A stretch of DNA of 64,000 nt, taken from positions 1,184,001-1,248,000 of the forward strand of contig CAVUKA010000001.1 in the NCBI GenBank assembly GCA_963741945.1, given 5' to 3'. The translations under genes were made by a program, and so were the position numbers. Below, in pieces: positions 1 through 7,893 of the stretch. The stretch comes from an uncultured Gemmatimonadales bacterium. GTDB taxonomy: Bacteria > Gemmatimonadota > Gemmatimonadetes > Longimicrobiales > RSA9. The first letter of the stretch is position 1, and every line of letters begins with the position of its first letter. The notes below the pieces were generated by a model that worked only from the letters and a program-made list of their open reading frames with translations, ran no database searches and had not been told where the DNA came from.

Positions 1-220
1 GCAGCGTGTACCCGGCCGGGAGCGACGGGAGCGGCGCCACCGGGCCGTGCGCGGGAAGCAGCACCGCGGCCGCCGGAAGCCCGACCGACGTCAGCAGCGC
101 TCCCGCCCACACCCACCGCACCGGCCACCCCTGCGCCTCCGCCGCGCGCTCCGCAGCCACTGCCGCCACGGTCACCAGCGCCGAAACGGTCAGCACGTAG
201 GCCAGCCACCCCAGGATCAT
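1..220 (-). CDS. M56 (BlaR1/MecR1-like) membrane protein, N-terminal part, runs off the window edge
   Basis: ATG at 220 overlaps the blaI-like stop (ATGA). Translation MILGWLAYVLTVSALVTVAAVAAERAAEAQGWPVRWVWAGALL is a typical hydrophobic M56 N-terminus downstream of BlaI. Confidence 0.7.
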   Translation of the reverse strand, partial: MILGWLAYVLTVSALVTVAAVAAERAAEAQGWPVRWVWAGALLTSVGLPAAAVLLPAHGPVAPLPSLPAGYTL

Positions 221-594
221 TCGTCGCCTCCCTCCCCGAGCCGCTCATCCAGCAGACGACGCATCCGCTCCAGCTCCTCGTCGCTCAGCTCCCGCTCGCT
301 CACCAGCTGCGTCAGCAGAAGCTCCGGCGATCCGCGGAACACCCGATCAAGAAGGCGAGCGAGCGCGCTCGCGCTGGCCTCCTCCCGCTCCACCAGCGGC
401 CGGTACCGGTAGGCCCGACCCTCCCCTTCCCGGTGCCCGACGTGCCCCTTCTCCTCCAGCGTCCGCAGCACCGTCAGCACCGTGGTGTACGCCAGCTCGT
501 CCGAAAGCCGCGCCTGCACGTCGGCCACCGTCGCCTCTCCCAGCTCCCACAGCACCGCCATCACGTCCAGCTCGCGATCCGTGAATCTCGGCAT
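217..594 (-). CDS. BlaI/MecI/CopY family transcriptional repressor
   Basis: FTDRELDVMAVLWELGEATV...LAYTTVLTVLRTLEEKGHV...RAYRYRP winged-helix signature. Confidence 0.93.
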   Translation of the reverse strand: MPRFTDRELDVMAVLWELGEATVADVQARLSDELAYTTVLTVLRTLEEKGHVGHREGEGRAYRYRPLVEREEASASALARLLDRVFRGSPELLLTQLVSERELSDEELERMRRLLDERLGEGGDE

Positions 595-696
595 TCCTCA
601 CTCCTCCCGTCGCTGCGCCCGCCCCCGTCCGCCGCATCCGCCGCGTTCGGGCGGCGGGGGCCCGGTGGCCTGTGCCCGGGCCTCGGAGGCCCGCTG

Positions 697-755
697 CTAC
701 TAGCCTACTAGTAGATAAGGGGACGGATCGCCGCTGTCAACTATTTTGTTAGTAG
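697..755 (-). promoter_or_regulatory. blaI-like promoter with two palindromic operator candidates
   Basis: CTACTA-N6-TAGTAG (697-714) and CAACTA-N6-TAGTAG (738-755) flank a minus-strand TTGACA (735-740). Confidence 0.6.
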
Positions 756-886
756 CACCCGCAGGCGGCCGGGACCTCGGCCGGCAAATAGGGGCGCCGC
801 AGGAGTGGGGGGCCGACAAGGCGCGCGGGGGCCGCGGCGGTGGGGGCCCCGTGAGTGGGCGGCGCGGCCGTGAGTGGGCGGGGCCG

Positions 887-963
887 CCGCGGTTAAATCG
901 CCATTGTTGCGTCGAAAGAAGGAAGGTGGCGATTCAGCCGCGCCCACCGCGGCTGGATCGCCA
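887..963. repeat. Three alternating-orientation copies of a 16-17 bp motif
   Basis: CCGCGGTTAAATCGCCA (887-903), reverse copy TGGCGATTCAGCCGCG (927-942), CCGCGGCTGGATCGCCA (947-963). Confidence 0.55.
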
Positions 964-1111
964 AAATGCCGGGACCTGATCCGGAGGATGGGGAATGGAC
1001 CGCGCGCCGCATCGCCCCGCACCCGCAAGGCCGGGCGCGACGCATCAATGAGGCCCGCGATGATGGCTGCCGAGGGTGGCAGCGGCGCCGGGGTTCAGCG
1101 GGCTTCCGGAA

Positions 1112-1480
1112 TCACCCCCGCACCGCCGCCCACGCCAGGAGCGCCCACCCGGCCATGAACGAAAGGCCGCCCAGCGGCGTCACCGCGCCGAGCCACCGGG
1201 GCGCGCCCAGCGCCAGGGCGTAGACGGTCCCGCAGAAGACGACGATCCCGGCCACGAAGAGCCACCCCGCCGCGTGGGCGGTGGAGCCCGGCCAGCGACT
1301 GGCCGCGCCGGCCGCGAAAAGGAGTGCCAGGGCGTGGTACATCTGGTAGCGCGCCGCGGTTTCCCAGGTCTGGAGCCGCTCGGGGGTGAGGTGCGCCTCG
1401 AGGGCGTGTGCGCCGAACGCGCCGGCGGCCACGGCGAGCAGCGCCGCGATCGATCCGAGGATGAAGAAGGTGCGGTTCAT
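1112..1480 (-). CDS. DUF423 family membrane protein
   Basis: GAFGAHAL, WETAARYQMYHALAL, FCGTVYALAL, LGAVTPLGG motifs. Confidence 0.9.
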   Translation of the reverse strand: MNRTFFILGSIAALLAVAAGAFGAHALEAHLTPERLQTWETAARYQMYHALALLFAAGAASRWPGSTAHAAGWLFVAGIVVFCGTVYALALGAPRWLGAVTPLGGLSFMAGWALLAWAAVRG

Positions 1481-1708
1481 GGAGAGAATGTCCGTCGGCC
1501 GGGCCGCCGCCGCAACTTCCCGGGGGCCTGGCTCCACAATCCACATACGCGGCCGTCCGTTCTGCGCGTGGGGGCGCCATATTCGAGGTGCCGCACCGGC
1601 TCCGTCGGCCGTGCCAGGCTCCAGAATCCATATTCTCTCCGGGCGCCCCCCCCCGCCCGCCCAGCACTCCCATGGAACCGCGCCTCTCCACGGGGGTCTC
1701 AGGTCCAC

Positions 1709-2779
1709 ATGCGCATCCGCACGGTTCGTCGCCTGTCCCTGCTGGCACTGCTGGCAGTAGTGGCCGGCTCACTCCTGTTCTGCTCGCCCGGGTACGTGGT
1801 GCGGGCGGGGCTGGAAGAGGCCAGGATCCTGAGCCGGCGCCGTCCCATCGACGAGGTGATCGCGTCGCCCGCGACGGGGACGCGGACGCGCGACAAGCTG
1901 GAGCTGGTGCGAACGGCGAGGACCTTCGCGGCGCAGCAGCTGGGTCTGGACGTGGGCGACAGCTACACGACGTTCGCGCGCGTGGACAGCGACACGCTGC
2001 TGCTGGTGCTGCAGGCGTCGCGGAAGGACGCGTTCCAGCCGGTGACCTGGTGGTTCCCGATCGTGGGACACGTGCCGTACAAGGGGTTTTTCGATCCCGA
2101 GGACGCGCTGAAAGCGGCCAGGAAGCTGGAGCGCGAGGGGTACGACACGTACGTGCGACCGTCGGGGGCGTTCAGCACGCTCGGCTGGTTCAACGATCCG
2201 CTGCTGAGCACGATCCTCGACTACGACAGCGTGGCGCTCGCCTCCACGGTGATCCACGAGGTCACGCACAATACGTTCTACCTGCCCAGCCAGGCGGCGT
2301 TCAACGAGAGTTTCGCCAACTTCGTGGGCGACGTGGGGGCCGCCGAGATGTTCTGCGGCATCGAGGGCGATGACGGGCCGCACTGCCGGGCCGCGCGGGC
2401 TGCCTGGCACGACGCGATCCTCTTCGGCGACGCGCTCCAGCGCCTGGTCTCTGCGCTCGACAACCTGTACGCACGCACCGACATCACGTCGGCCCGGAAA
2501 GTGGCGGACCGAGAGGTCATCATCCGCCGCTGGCGGGAGGGCTACGAGCGGGAAGTGGTGCCCCGTCTCGAGCGAAGCTTCCGCACGTTCGCGCGGCGGC
2601 CGATCAACAACGCCACGCTGATGGGTGTGCGGCTCTACTACAAGGACCTGGGGCTGTTCGACCGCGCATACCGCGAGACGGGCGCGCCGCTGAAGGAGGT
2701 GGTGGCCGCCATGGTGAAAGCGGCGAAGTCGTCGCCTGACGCCCCGTACCAGGCGATCGCCCGCTTGGCTCCCGGTTGA
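1709..2779 (+). CDS. Putative zinc aminopeptidase (exported)
   Basis: Signal-like N-terminus; WWFPIVGHVPYKGFF, AFSTLGWFNDP, HEVTH (HExxH), FNESFA motifs. Confidence 0.85.
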   Translation: MRIRTVRRLSLLALLAVVAGSLLFCSPGYVVRAGLEEARILSRRRPIDEVIASPATGTRTRDKLELVRTARTFAAQQLGLDVGDSYTTFARVDSDTLLLVLQASRKDAFQPVTWWFPIVGHVPYKGFFDPEDALKAARKLEREGYDTYVRPSGAFSTLGWFNDPLLSTILDYDSVALASTVIHEVTHNTFYLPSQAAFNESFANFVGDVGAAEMFCGIEGDDGPHCRAARAAWHDAILFGDALQRLVSALDNLYARTDITSARKVADREVIIRRWREGYEREVVPRLERSFRTFARRPINNATLMGVRLYYKDLGLFDRAYRETGAPLKEVVAAMVKAAKSSPDAPYQAIARLAPG

Positions 2780-2882
2780 CCCCGCCCCTATGTTACCGCG
2801 CTTGGGCGCCGGGGGCGGCTCGACGTCGCAGAGGTCGTGAGCGCCGCGCAGGCCATACACGCTAATCCGCATCCGCTTTCTG

Positions 2883-5387
2883 ATGGACGACACCACCTAC
2901 AACGCATCCGCGCTCGACAGGAAATGGCAGGCCCGGTGGGCCGAGGAGGGGACGAACGCCCTCGATGAGGAGACGCTCCTCGGGGCGGAGAAGCCGTTCT
3001 TCAACCTCATGATGTTCCCCTACCCCTCCGCGGAGGGGCTGCACGTGGGGAATATCTACGCGTTCACGGGCGCGGACGTGTACGGGCGCTACATGCGGCT
3101 CCGGGGCCACACTGTCTTCGAGCCCATCGGCTTCGACGCGTTCGGGATCCACAGCGAGAACTTCGCGCTCAAGATGGGGACGCACCCCATGGAGCTGATC
3201 CCGAGCAACGTGGCGAACTTCACGCGCCAGCTGAAGCGCACGGGCGCCATGTACGACTGGAACCACGCGGTGAACACCACCGATCCATCGTACTACAGGT
3301 GGACGCAGTGGATCTTCCTCCAGCTCTACAAGGCCGGACTGGCGGAGAAGAAGGAAGCGCCGGTCAACTGGTGCCCGTCGTGCCAGACCGTGCTGGCCAA
3401 CGAGCAGGTCATCGCGGGCGAGTGCGAGCGCTGCGGCACCCCCGTCGAGCAGCGCTTCCTCAGCCAGTGGTTCTTCAGGATCACGGAGTACGCCGGCCGG
3501 CTCCTGAACAACCTGTCCTGGATCGACTGGTCCGAGACCACGAAGAAGGCGCAGGAGAACTGGATCGGGAAGAGCGAGGGCGCGCTCGTCCGCTTCCCCA
3601 TCGCCCGGAAGAAGGTGGCCGAGGACGAGCACGAGAAAGCGCAGGTGCACGCGGACCGTCCCGTCATCGAGGTGTTCACCACGCGCCCGGACACCCTGTA
3701 CGGCGCCACGTTCATGGTCCTGGCGCCCGAGCACCCGGCGGTGGACCGGCTGACGACGGACGATCGCCGCGAGGAGGTGGAAGCGTACCGTCGCCGCGCC
3801 GCGGCCATGGACCTCGTCTCCCGCAAGAAGACGGAGAAGGAGAAGACCGGCGTCTTCACCGGCGGCTACTGCGTGAACCCGGCCACGGGCGAGGACGTCC
3901 CGGTCTGGATCGCCGATTACGTGCTCATGGAGTACGGCACCGGCGCCATCATGGCCGTCCCCGGTCACGACGAGCGCGATTTCGAGTTCGCCACCAAGTT
4001 CGCGCTGCCGATCGTCCGCGTGGTGGCGGGCGAGGGCGACGACGGGCTGGCGCCGCTGGAGCAGGCCTACATCGGCGACGAGGGCACCCTGGTCAACTCC
4101 GACCCGTTCAATGGCATGCCGTGGCGGGAGGCGAAGAAAGCCATCACCGCCTGGCTCGCCGAGCGCGGGCTGGGCGAGGAGCGGATCAACTACCGCCTCC
4201 ACGACTGGTGCATCTCCCGCCAGCGCTACTGGGGCCCGCCCATCCCCATCATCTACTGCGACGACTGCGGCACCCTCCCCGTCCCCGAGGAGGACCTCCC
4301 CGTCCTGCTCCCCCACGTGGACGACTACAAGCCCGACGCCTCCGGCATCAGCCCCCTCGCCCGGGCGGAGTCGTGGTACCGCGTGACGTGCCCCTCGTGC
4401 GGCGGCGAGGCGAGGCGTGAGACGGACGTGAGCGACACGTTCCTGGACAGCTCCTGGTACTTCCTCCGCTACCCGTCCACCGCGCTGGACGACCGGGCGT
4501 TCGGGCCGGAGCGGACGGAGAAGTGGCTGCCGGTGGACATGTACATCGGCGGCGAGGAGCACAGCGTGCTGCACCTGCTCTACGCCCGCTTCATCACCAT
4601 GGTGCTCAAGGACCTCGGCTTCATCGATTTCGAGGAGCCCTTCGAGCGCTTCCGCAAGCACGGCCTCATCATCAAGGAAGGGTCCAAGATGTCGAAGTCC
4701 CGGGGCAATGTCGTGGTCCCGGACAAGTACATCGAGAAGTGGGGCGCGGACACGTTCCGTACCTACCTCATGTTCCTCGGACCCTACCAGGAGGGCGGCG
4801 ACTTCCGCGACCAGGGGCTCAGCGGGCCCGGCGGCTTCTACTCCCGCCTGTGGGACACCATCGTCCGCGACGAGCTCGGCGATGCCTCGATCTCCGGCGA
4901 CCTGGAACAGAAGCTCCACGCCACCATCAAGAAGGTGACGGATGACATCGCCGCGCTCAGCTACAACACCGCCATCGCCGCCATGATGGAGTACCTCAAC
5001 GCGGTGCGGGAGCGCGGGCGGCAGGCCAGCCGCAGCGAAGTGGAGCCCCTCGTCGTCCTGGCCGCGCCCTTCGGGCCCCACATCGCCGAGGAGCTGTGGG
5101 CGAGGCTCGGGCACGAACAGCCGCTCTTCCGGCGCCAGACCGCGGCCGGCAACCCGGTCCTCTGGCCCGACTACGACCCCGGCAAGGTCACCGCCGACAC
5201 CATCGAGTTCGTCGTCCAGGTCAATGGCAAGCTCCGCGCGCGGATGCCCATGGCTCGCGGCATCTCCGAAGACGACGCCCGACAGGCCGCCCTCGCCGAC
5301 GAAAACGTGGCCCGGCAGCTCGAGGGCAAGACGGTCCGCAAAGTCATCTTCGTCCGCGATCGCCTGGTCAACCTCGTCGTCGCGTAA
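2883..5387 (+). CDS. leuS: Leucine--tRNA ligase
   Basis: MFPYPS..LHVGN (HIGH-like), KMSKS, editing domain TTRPDT/GTGAIMAVPGHDERD, C-terminal VQVNGKLR. Confidence 0.98.
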   Translation: MDDTTYNASALDRKWQARWAEEGTNALDEETLLGAEKPFFNLMMFPYPSAEGLHVGNIYAFTGADVYGRYMRLRGHTVFEPIGFDAFGIHSENFALKMGTHPMELIPSNVANFTRQLKRTGAMYDWNHAVNTTDPSYYRWTQWIFLQLYKAGLAEKKEAPVNWCPSCQTVLANEQVIAGECERCGTPVEQRFLSQWFFRITEYAGRLLNNLSWIDWSETTKKAQENWIGKSEGALVRFPIARKKVAEDEHEKAQVHADRPVIEVFTTRPDTLYGATFMVLAPEHPAVDRLTTDDRREEVEAYRRRAAAMDLVSRKKTEKEKTGVFTGGYCVNPATGEDVPVWIADYVLMEYGTGAIMAVPGHDERDFEFATKFALPIVRVVAGEGDDGLAPLEQAYIGDEGTLVNSDPFNGMPWREAKKAITAWLAERGLGEERINYRLHDWCISRQRYWGPPIPIIYCDDCGTLPVPEEDLPVLLPHVDDYKPDASGISPLARAESWYRVTCPSCGGEARRETDVSDTFLDSSWYFLRYPSTALDDRAFGPERTEKWLPVDMYIGGEEHSVLHLLYARFITMVLKDLGFIDFEEPFERFRKHGLIIKEGSKMSKSRGNVVVPDKYIEKWGADTFRTYLMFLGPYQEGGDFRDQGLSGPGGFYSRLWDTIVRDELGDASISGDLEQKLHATIKKVTDDIAALSYNTAIAAMMEYLNAVRERGRQASRSEVEPLVVLAAPFGPHIAEELWARLGHEQPLFRRQTAAGNPVLWPDYDPGKVTADTIEFVVQVNGKLRARMPMARGISEDDARQAALADENVARQLEGKTVRKVIFVRDRLVNLVVA

Positions 5388-5485
5388 GCCGGTGCTGTAC
5401 TTGCGGTTGAATACTTCGGAACACGGGCGTGGAAGCGCTCGCTGGCCTGGACCGGAGCACCCCGGAACGAGCTCCCCGCACGGGG

Positions 5486-5514
5486 TTGACACCCCCCGCG
5501 ACCGGGGGTAATTT
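5486..5514 (+). promoter_or_regulatory. sigma70-type promoter for tRNA-fMet/tRNA array
   Basis: TTGACA-N17-TAATTT, 11 nt before tRNA-fMet. Confidence 0.7.
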
Positions 5515-5525
5515 AGGTGTCTCGA

Positions 5526-5599
5526 CGCGGGGTGGAGCAGTCTGGTAGCTCGCCGGGCTCATAACCCGGAGGTCGCGGGTTCAAATCCCGCCCCCGCTA
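5526..5599 (+). tRNA. tRNA-fMet (CAT)
   Basis: Cloverleaf, unpaired 1:72 position, GGG/CCC anticodon stem of initiator tRNA. Confidence 0.95.
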
Positions 5600-5623
5600 T
5601 TCGGCAAGGCCGCACCACGGCCG

Positions 5624-5658
5624 GCCCGCCCCGAGTCCGAACGATGGGGCGGGCTTTT
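5624..5658 (+). terminator. Possible intrinsic terminator after tRNA-fMet
   Basis: GCCCGCCCC / GGGGCGGGC stem followed by TTTT. Confidence 0.55.
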
Positions 5659-5843
5659 CGTCGAAATGACGAAGCGTGGATCGGCGGAGCCGGTGACAAT
5701 TCGGGTCATGAGCGCGGCCGGGGAAGTGGCCCGGCAGGGGTACGACCTGGGTCGGGTGACTCGGGTCTCGCCGCGATGCGGGCGCCGAGAGCGCCGGGCC
5801 CATGAGGACGGGAGTGAACGGGTGCCGCGACTTCGGATGGTAA

Positions 5844-5916
5844 GGCCGGGTAGCTCAGTTGGTAGAGCACACGACTGAAAATCGTGGTGTCGACAGTTCG
5901 ATTCTGTCCCCGGCCA
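5844..5916 (+). tRNA. tRNA-Phe (GAA)
   Basis: Acceptor GGCCGGG/CCCGGCC; CACGA-CT GAA AA-TCGTG. Confidence 0.95.
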
Positions 5917-5923
5917 CTGGTGT

Positions 5924-5996
5924 AGGTCCGTAGCTCAACTGGTAGAGCACCGGTCTCCAAAACCGGCGGTTGGGGGTTCAAGTCCCTCCGGGCCTG
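5924..5996 (+). tRNA. tRNA-Trp (CCA)
   Basis: CCGGT-CT CCA AA-ACCGG; GTTCAAGTC T-loop. Confidence 0.95.
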
Positions 5997-6043
5997 TTGG
6001 CGATCAGACGGCGCGAGCCCGCGGGCTCGCGCACATGGAAGAG

Positions 6044-6116
6044 GCCCCCATCGTCTAGTGGCCTAGGATATCTGGTTCTCAGCCAGGAGACCGGGGTTCG
6101 ATTCCCCGTGGGGGTA
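6044..6116 (+). tRNA. tRNA-Glu (CTC)
   Basis: TCTGG-TT CTC AG-CCAGG; Glu-type D arm CGTCTAGTGGCCTAGGA. Confidence 0.93.
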
Positions 6117-6189
6117 TGAAGACGTCGTTGCCGGGGTGGTGCTCGTTGCCGGGAAGCGACCCCGAGCCGGGCGTTGGAAGGGCGGCTGG

Positions 6190-6261
6190 GCCCTCATCGT
6201 CTAACGGCTAGGACGCCAGCCTTTCAAGCTGGTAATAGGGGTTCGATTCCCCTTGGGGGCA
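6190..6261 (+). tRNA. tRNA-Glu (TTC)
   Basis: CCAGC-CT TTC AA-GCTGG. Confidence 0.93.
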
Positions 6262-6307
6262 TGAGCGGGGATCGTGCGAAAGCGATCCATGCAGGAGCGG
6301 GAAGTGT

Positions 6308-6380
6308 GCGGGCGTAGCTCAGTTGGTAGAGCGTCTGCTTGCCATGCAGAAGGTCGCCGGTTCGAGTCCGGTCGCCCGCT
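6308..6380 (+). tRNA. tRNA-Gly (GCC)
   Basis: GCGGGCG/CGCCCGC acceptor, U73; TCTGC-TT GCC AT-GCAGA. Confidence 0.95.
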
Positions 6381-6411
6381 TCGGTAGGCCGGCCCGGAAG
6401 GGTCGGGGTCA

Positions 6412-6486
6412 GGGGCTGTAGCTCAGTTTGGTTAGAGTGCCGGTCTGTCACACCGGAGGTCGCGGGTTCAAGTCCCGTCAGCCCCG
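6412..6486 (+). tRNA. tRNA-Asp (GTC)
   Basis: CCGGT-CT GTC AC-ACCGG; G73. Confidence 0.95.
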
Positions 6487-6587
6487 CTGAGTTGATTGAA
6501 AACAGAGGTGCGACACGCAGGCCGGGGCGAGAGCCCCGGGACGACGTTGAGTCGATGAACCGGCATGGTGCCGGGGAGTCGGCCGTC

Positions 6588-6660
6588 GGGGCTGTAGCTC
6601 AGTTGGGAGAGCGCCTGAATGGCATTCAGGAGGTCAGGGGTTCGACTCCCCTCAGCTCCA
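6588..6660 (+). tRNA. tRNA-Ala (GGC)
   Basis: G3:U70 pair; CCTGA-AT GGC AT-TCAGG. Confidence 0.95.
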
Positions 6661-6669
6661 TGGTGGTTC

Positions 6670-6753
6670 GCTCGGATGGCGGAATTGGTAGACGCGCATG
6701 GTTCAGGACCATGTGGGGGCAACCCCGTGGAGGTTCGAGTCCTCTTCCGAGCA
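6670..6753 (+). tRNA. tRNA-Leu (CAG)
   Basis: CATGG-TT CAG GA-CCATG; long variable arm. Confidence 0.95.
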
Positions 6754-6774
6754 CTGGATCGCAGGATGCAGGGA

Positions 6775-6858
6775 GCCCACGTGCTGAAATTGGTAGACAG
6801 GCTGGTTTGAGGGACCAGTGCCCGAAAGGGCGTACAGGTTCGAGTCCTGTCGTGGGCA
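6775..6858 (+). tRNA. tRNA-Leu (GAG)
   Basis: CTGGT-TT GAG GG-ACCAG; long variable arm. Confidence 0.95.
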
Positions 6859-6862
6859 CTCC

Positions 6863-6946
6863 GGTGGGGTACCGAAGCGGCTAAACGGGACAGACTGTAA
6901 ATCTGTTGGGCCACGCCCTACGAAGGTTCGAATCCTTCCCCCACCA
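6863..6946 (+). tRNA. tRNA-Tyr (GTA)
   Basis: ACAGA-CT GTA AA-TCTGT; long variable arm. Confidence 0.95.
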
Positions 6947-6953
6947 CTGCTCC

Positions 6954-7028
6954 GGGCGCGTAGCTCAGTCTGGTTAGAGCGCTACGTTGACATCGTAGAG
7001 GTCAGAGGTTCGAGTCCTCTCGCGCCCA
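6954..7028 (+). tRNA. tRNA-Val (GAC)
   Basis: CTACG-TT GAC AT-CGTAG. Confidence 0.95.
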
Positions 7029-7084
7029 TGAAACCGACGCTGGGCGGGAGGGTATCCGGCTCGGCGGCGGGGAGTGGAAGTGCC

Positions 7085-7157
7085 GGGGCTGTAGCTCAGT
7101 TGGGAGAGCGCTGCAATCGCACTGCAGAGGTCAGGGGTTCGACTCCCCTCAGCTCCA
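7085..7157 (+). tRNA. tRNA-Ala (CGC)
   Basis: G3:U70 pair; CTGCA-AT CGC AC-TGCAG. Confidence 0.95.
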
Positions 7158-7164
7158 CTGACGC

Positions 7165-7237
7165 GCCACCATAGCTCAGCTGGTAGAGCACATCATTCGT
7201 AATGATGGGGTCCGCGGTTCGAATCCGCGTGGTGGCT
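7165..7237 (+). tRNA. tRNA-Thr (CGT)
   Basis: CATCA-TT CGT AA-TGATG. Confidence 0.95.
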
Positions 7238-7262
7238 CTCGGGTGGTTCGGCGAGGAAGTGT

Positions 7263-7337
7263 GCGGGCGTAGCTCAGTTCTGTGAACGTGGAACGTTCAC
7301 AGACTCCGCCCGGATCCGGGAGAGGCTCACGCCCTCT
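7263..7337 (+). pseudogene. tRNA-Gly 5-prime stub fused to a non-tRNA structured segment
   Basis: First 17 nt identical to both tRNA-Gly genes (GCGGGCGTAGCTCAGTT), then a perfect hairpin CTGTGAACGT-GGA-ACGTTCACAG; no anticodon or T arm. Confidence 0.6.
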
Positions 7338-7359
7338 CGGGTCGGTGGCGAGGAAGTGT

Positions 7360-7432
7360 GCGGGCGTAGCTCAGTTGGTAGAGCATCAGCTTCCCAAGCT
7401 GAGGGTCGCCGGTTCGAGCCCGGTCGCCCGCT
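7360..7432 (+). tRNA. tRNA-Gly (CCC)
   Basis: TCAGC-TT CCC AA-GCTGA. Confidence 0.95.
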
Positions 7433-7458
7433 CTGGCTCCACGAGAGCCGGTGGACAT

Positions 7459-7531
7459 TGCCCCTTGGTGTAACTGGCAACACGTCTGACTCTGGATCAG
7501 AAGAGTCCTGGTTCGAGCCCAGGAGGGGCAA
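7459..7531 (+). tRNA. tRNA-Gln (CTG)
   Basis: U1:A72 acceptor; TCTGA-CT CTG GA-TCAGA. Confidence 0.93.
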
Positions 7532-7553
7532 CTGGAGAAAGCTACGAGGGTTG

Positions 7554-7640
7554 GGAGAGGTGGCCGAGTGGCTTAAGGCGGCGCCCTGCTAAGGCGTTTG
7601 GGCCGAAAGGCTCTCGAGGGTTCGAATCCCTCCCTCTCCG
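7554..7640 (+). tRNA. tRNA-Ser (GCT)
   Basis: GCGCC-CT GCT AA-GGCGT; long variable arm; G73. Confidence 0.95.
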
Positions 7641-7650
7641 CTCGCCATCG

Positions 7651-7735
7651 GGACGGGTGTCCGAGCGGCTTAAGGAGCACGATTGGAAATCGTGTGGGGC
7701 GCAAGCTCTCGTGGGTTCGAATCCCACCCCGTCCG
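7651..7735 (+). tRNA. tRNA-Ser (GGA)
   Basis: CACGA-TT GGA AA-TCGTG; long variable arm. Confidence 0.95.
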
Positions 7736-7808
7736 TAACGCCGCGCCGGCTCGTTCCGGAGTCGCCGGTACGTGTGTCGCACCGCTGGAGCTGGATCGAT
7801 GAGAGACT

Positions 7809-7882
7809 CGGGGAGTAGCTCAGCCCGGTAGAGCACTGCGTTCGGGACGCAGGGGTCGCAGGTTCAAATCCTGTCTCCCCGA
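7809..7882 (+). tRNA. tRNA-Pro (CGG)
   Basis: CTGCG-TT CGG GA-CGCAG. Confidence 0.95.
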
Positions 7883-7893
7883 CTGAGTCAGAG

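Noticed and set aside
1-594. Beta-lactam resistance locus (blaI/blaR)
   Set aside because: BlaI-M56 pairs are widespread regulators; no beta-lactamase or PBP gene is visible in the window
2862-5492. Long antisense ORFs (e.g. 876 aa opposite leuS, and similar ones opposite tricorn, aconitase, pnt and M16 genes)
   Set aside because: Expected shadow frames in GC3-rich DNA; no motifs, and the opposite strand carries the recognisable gene
5597-7836. ORFs listed over the tRNA array
   Set aside because: They are translations of tRNA genes and spacers with no protein motifs
5526-7882. CRISPR array or prophage-borne tRNA cluster
   Set aside because: The repeated segments are tRNA D/T-arm sequences; no cas, integrase or phage genes, and flanks are leuS and tricorn protease
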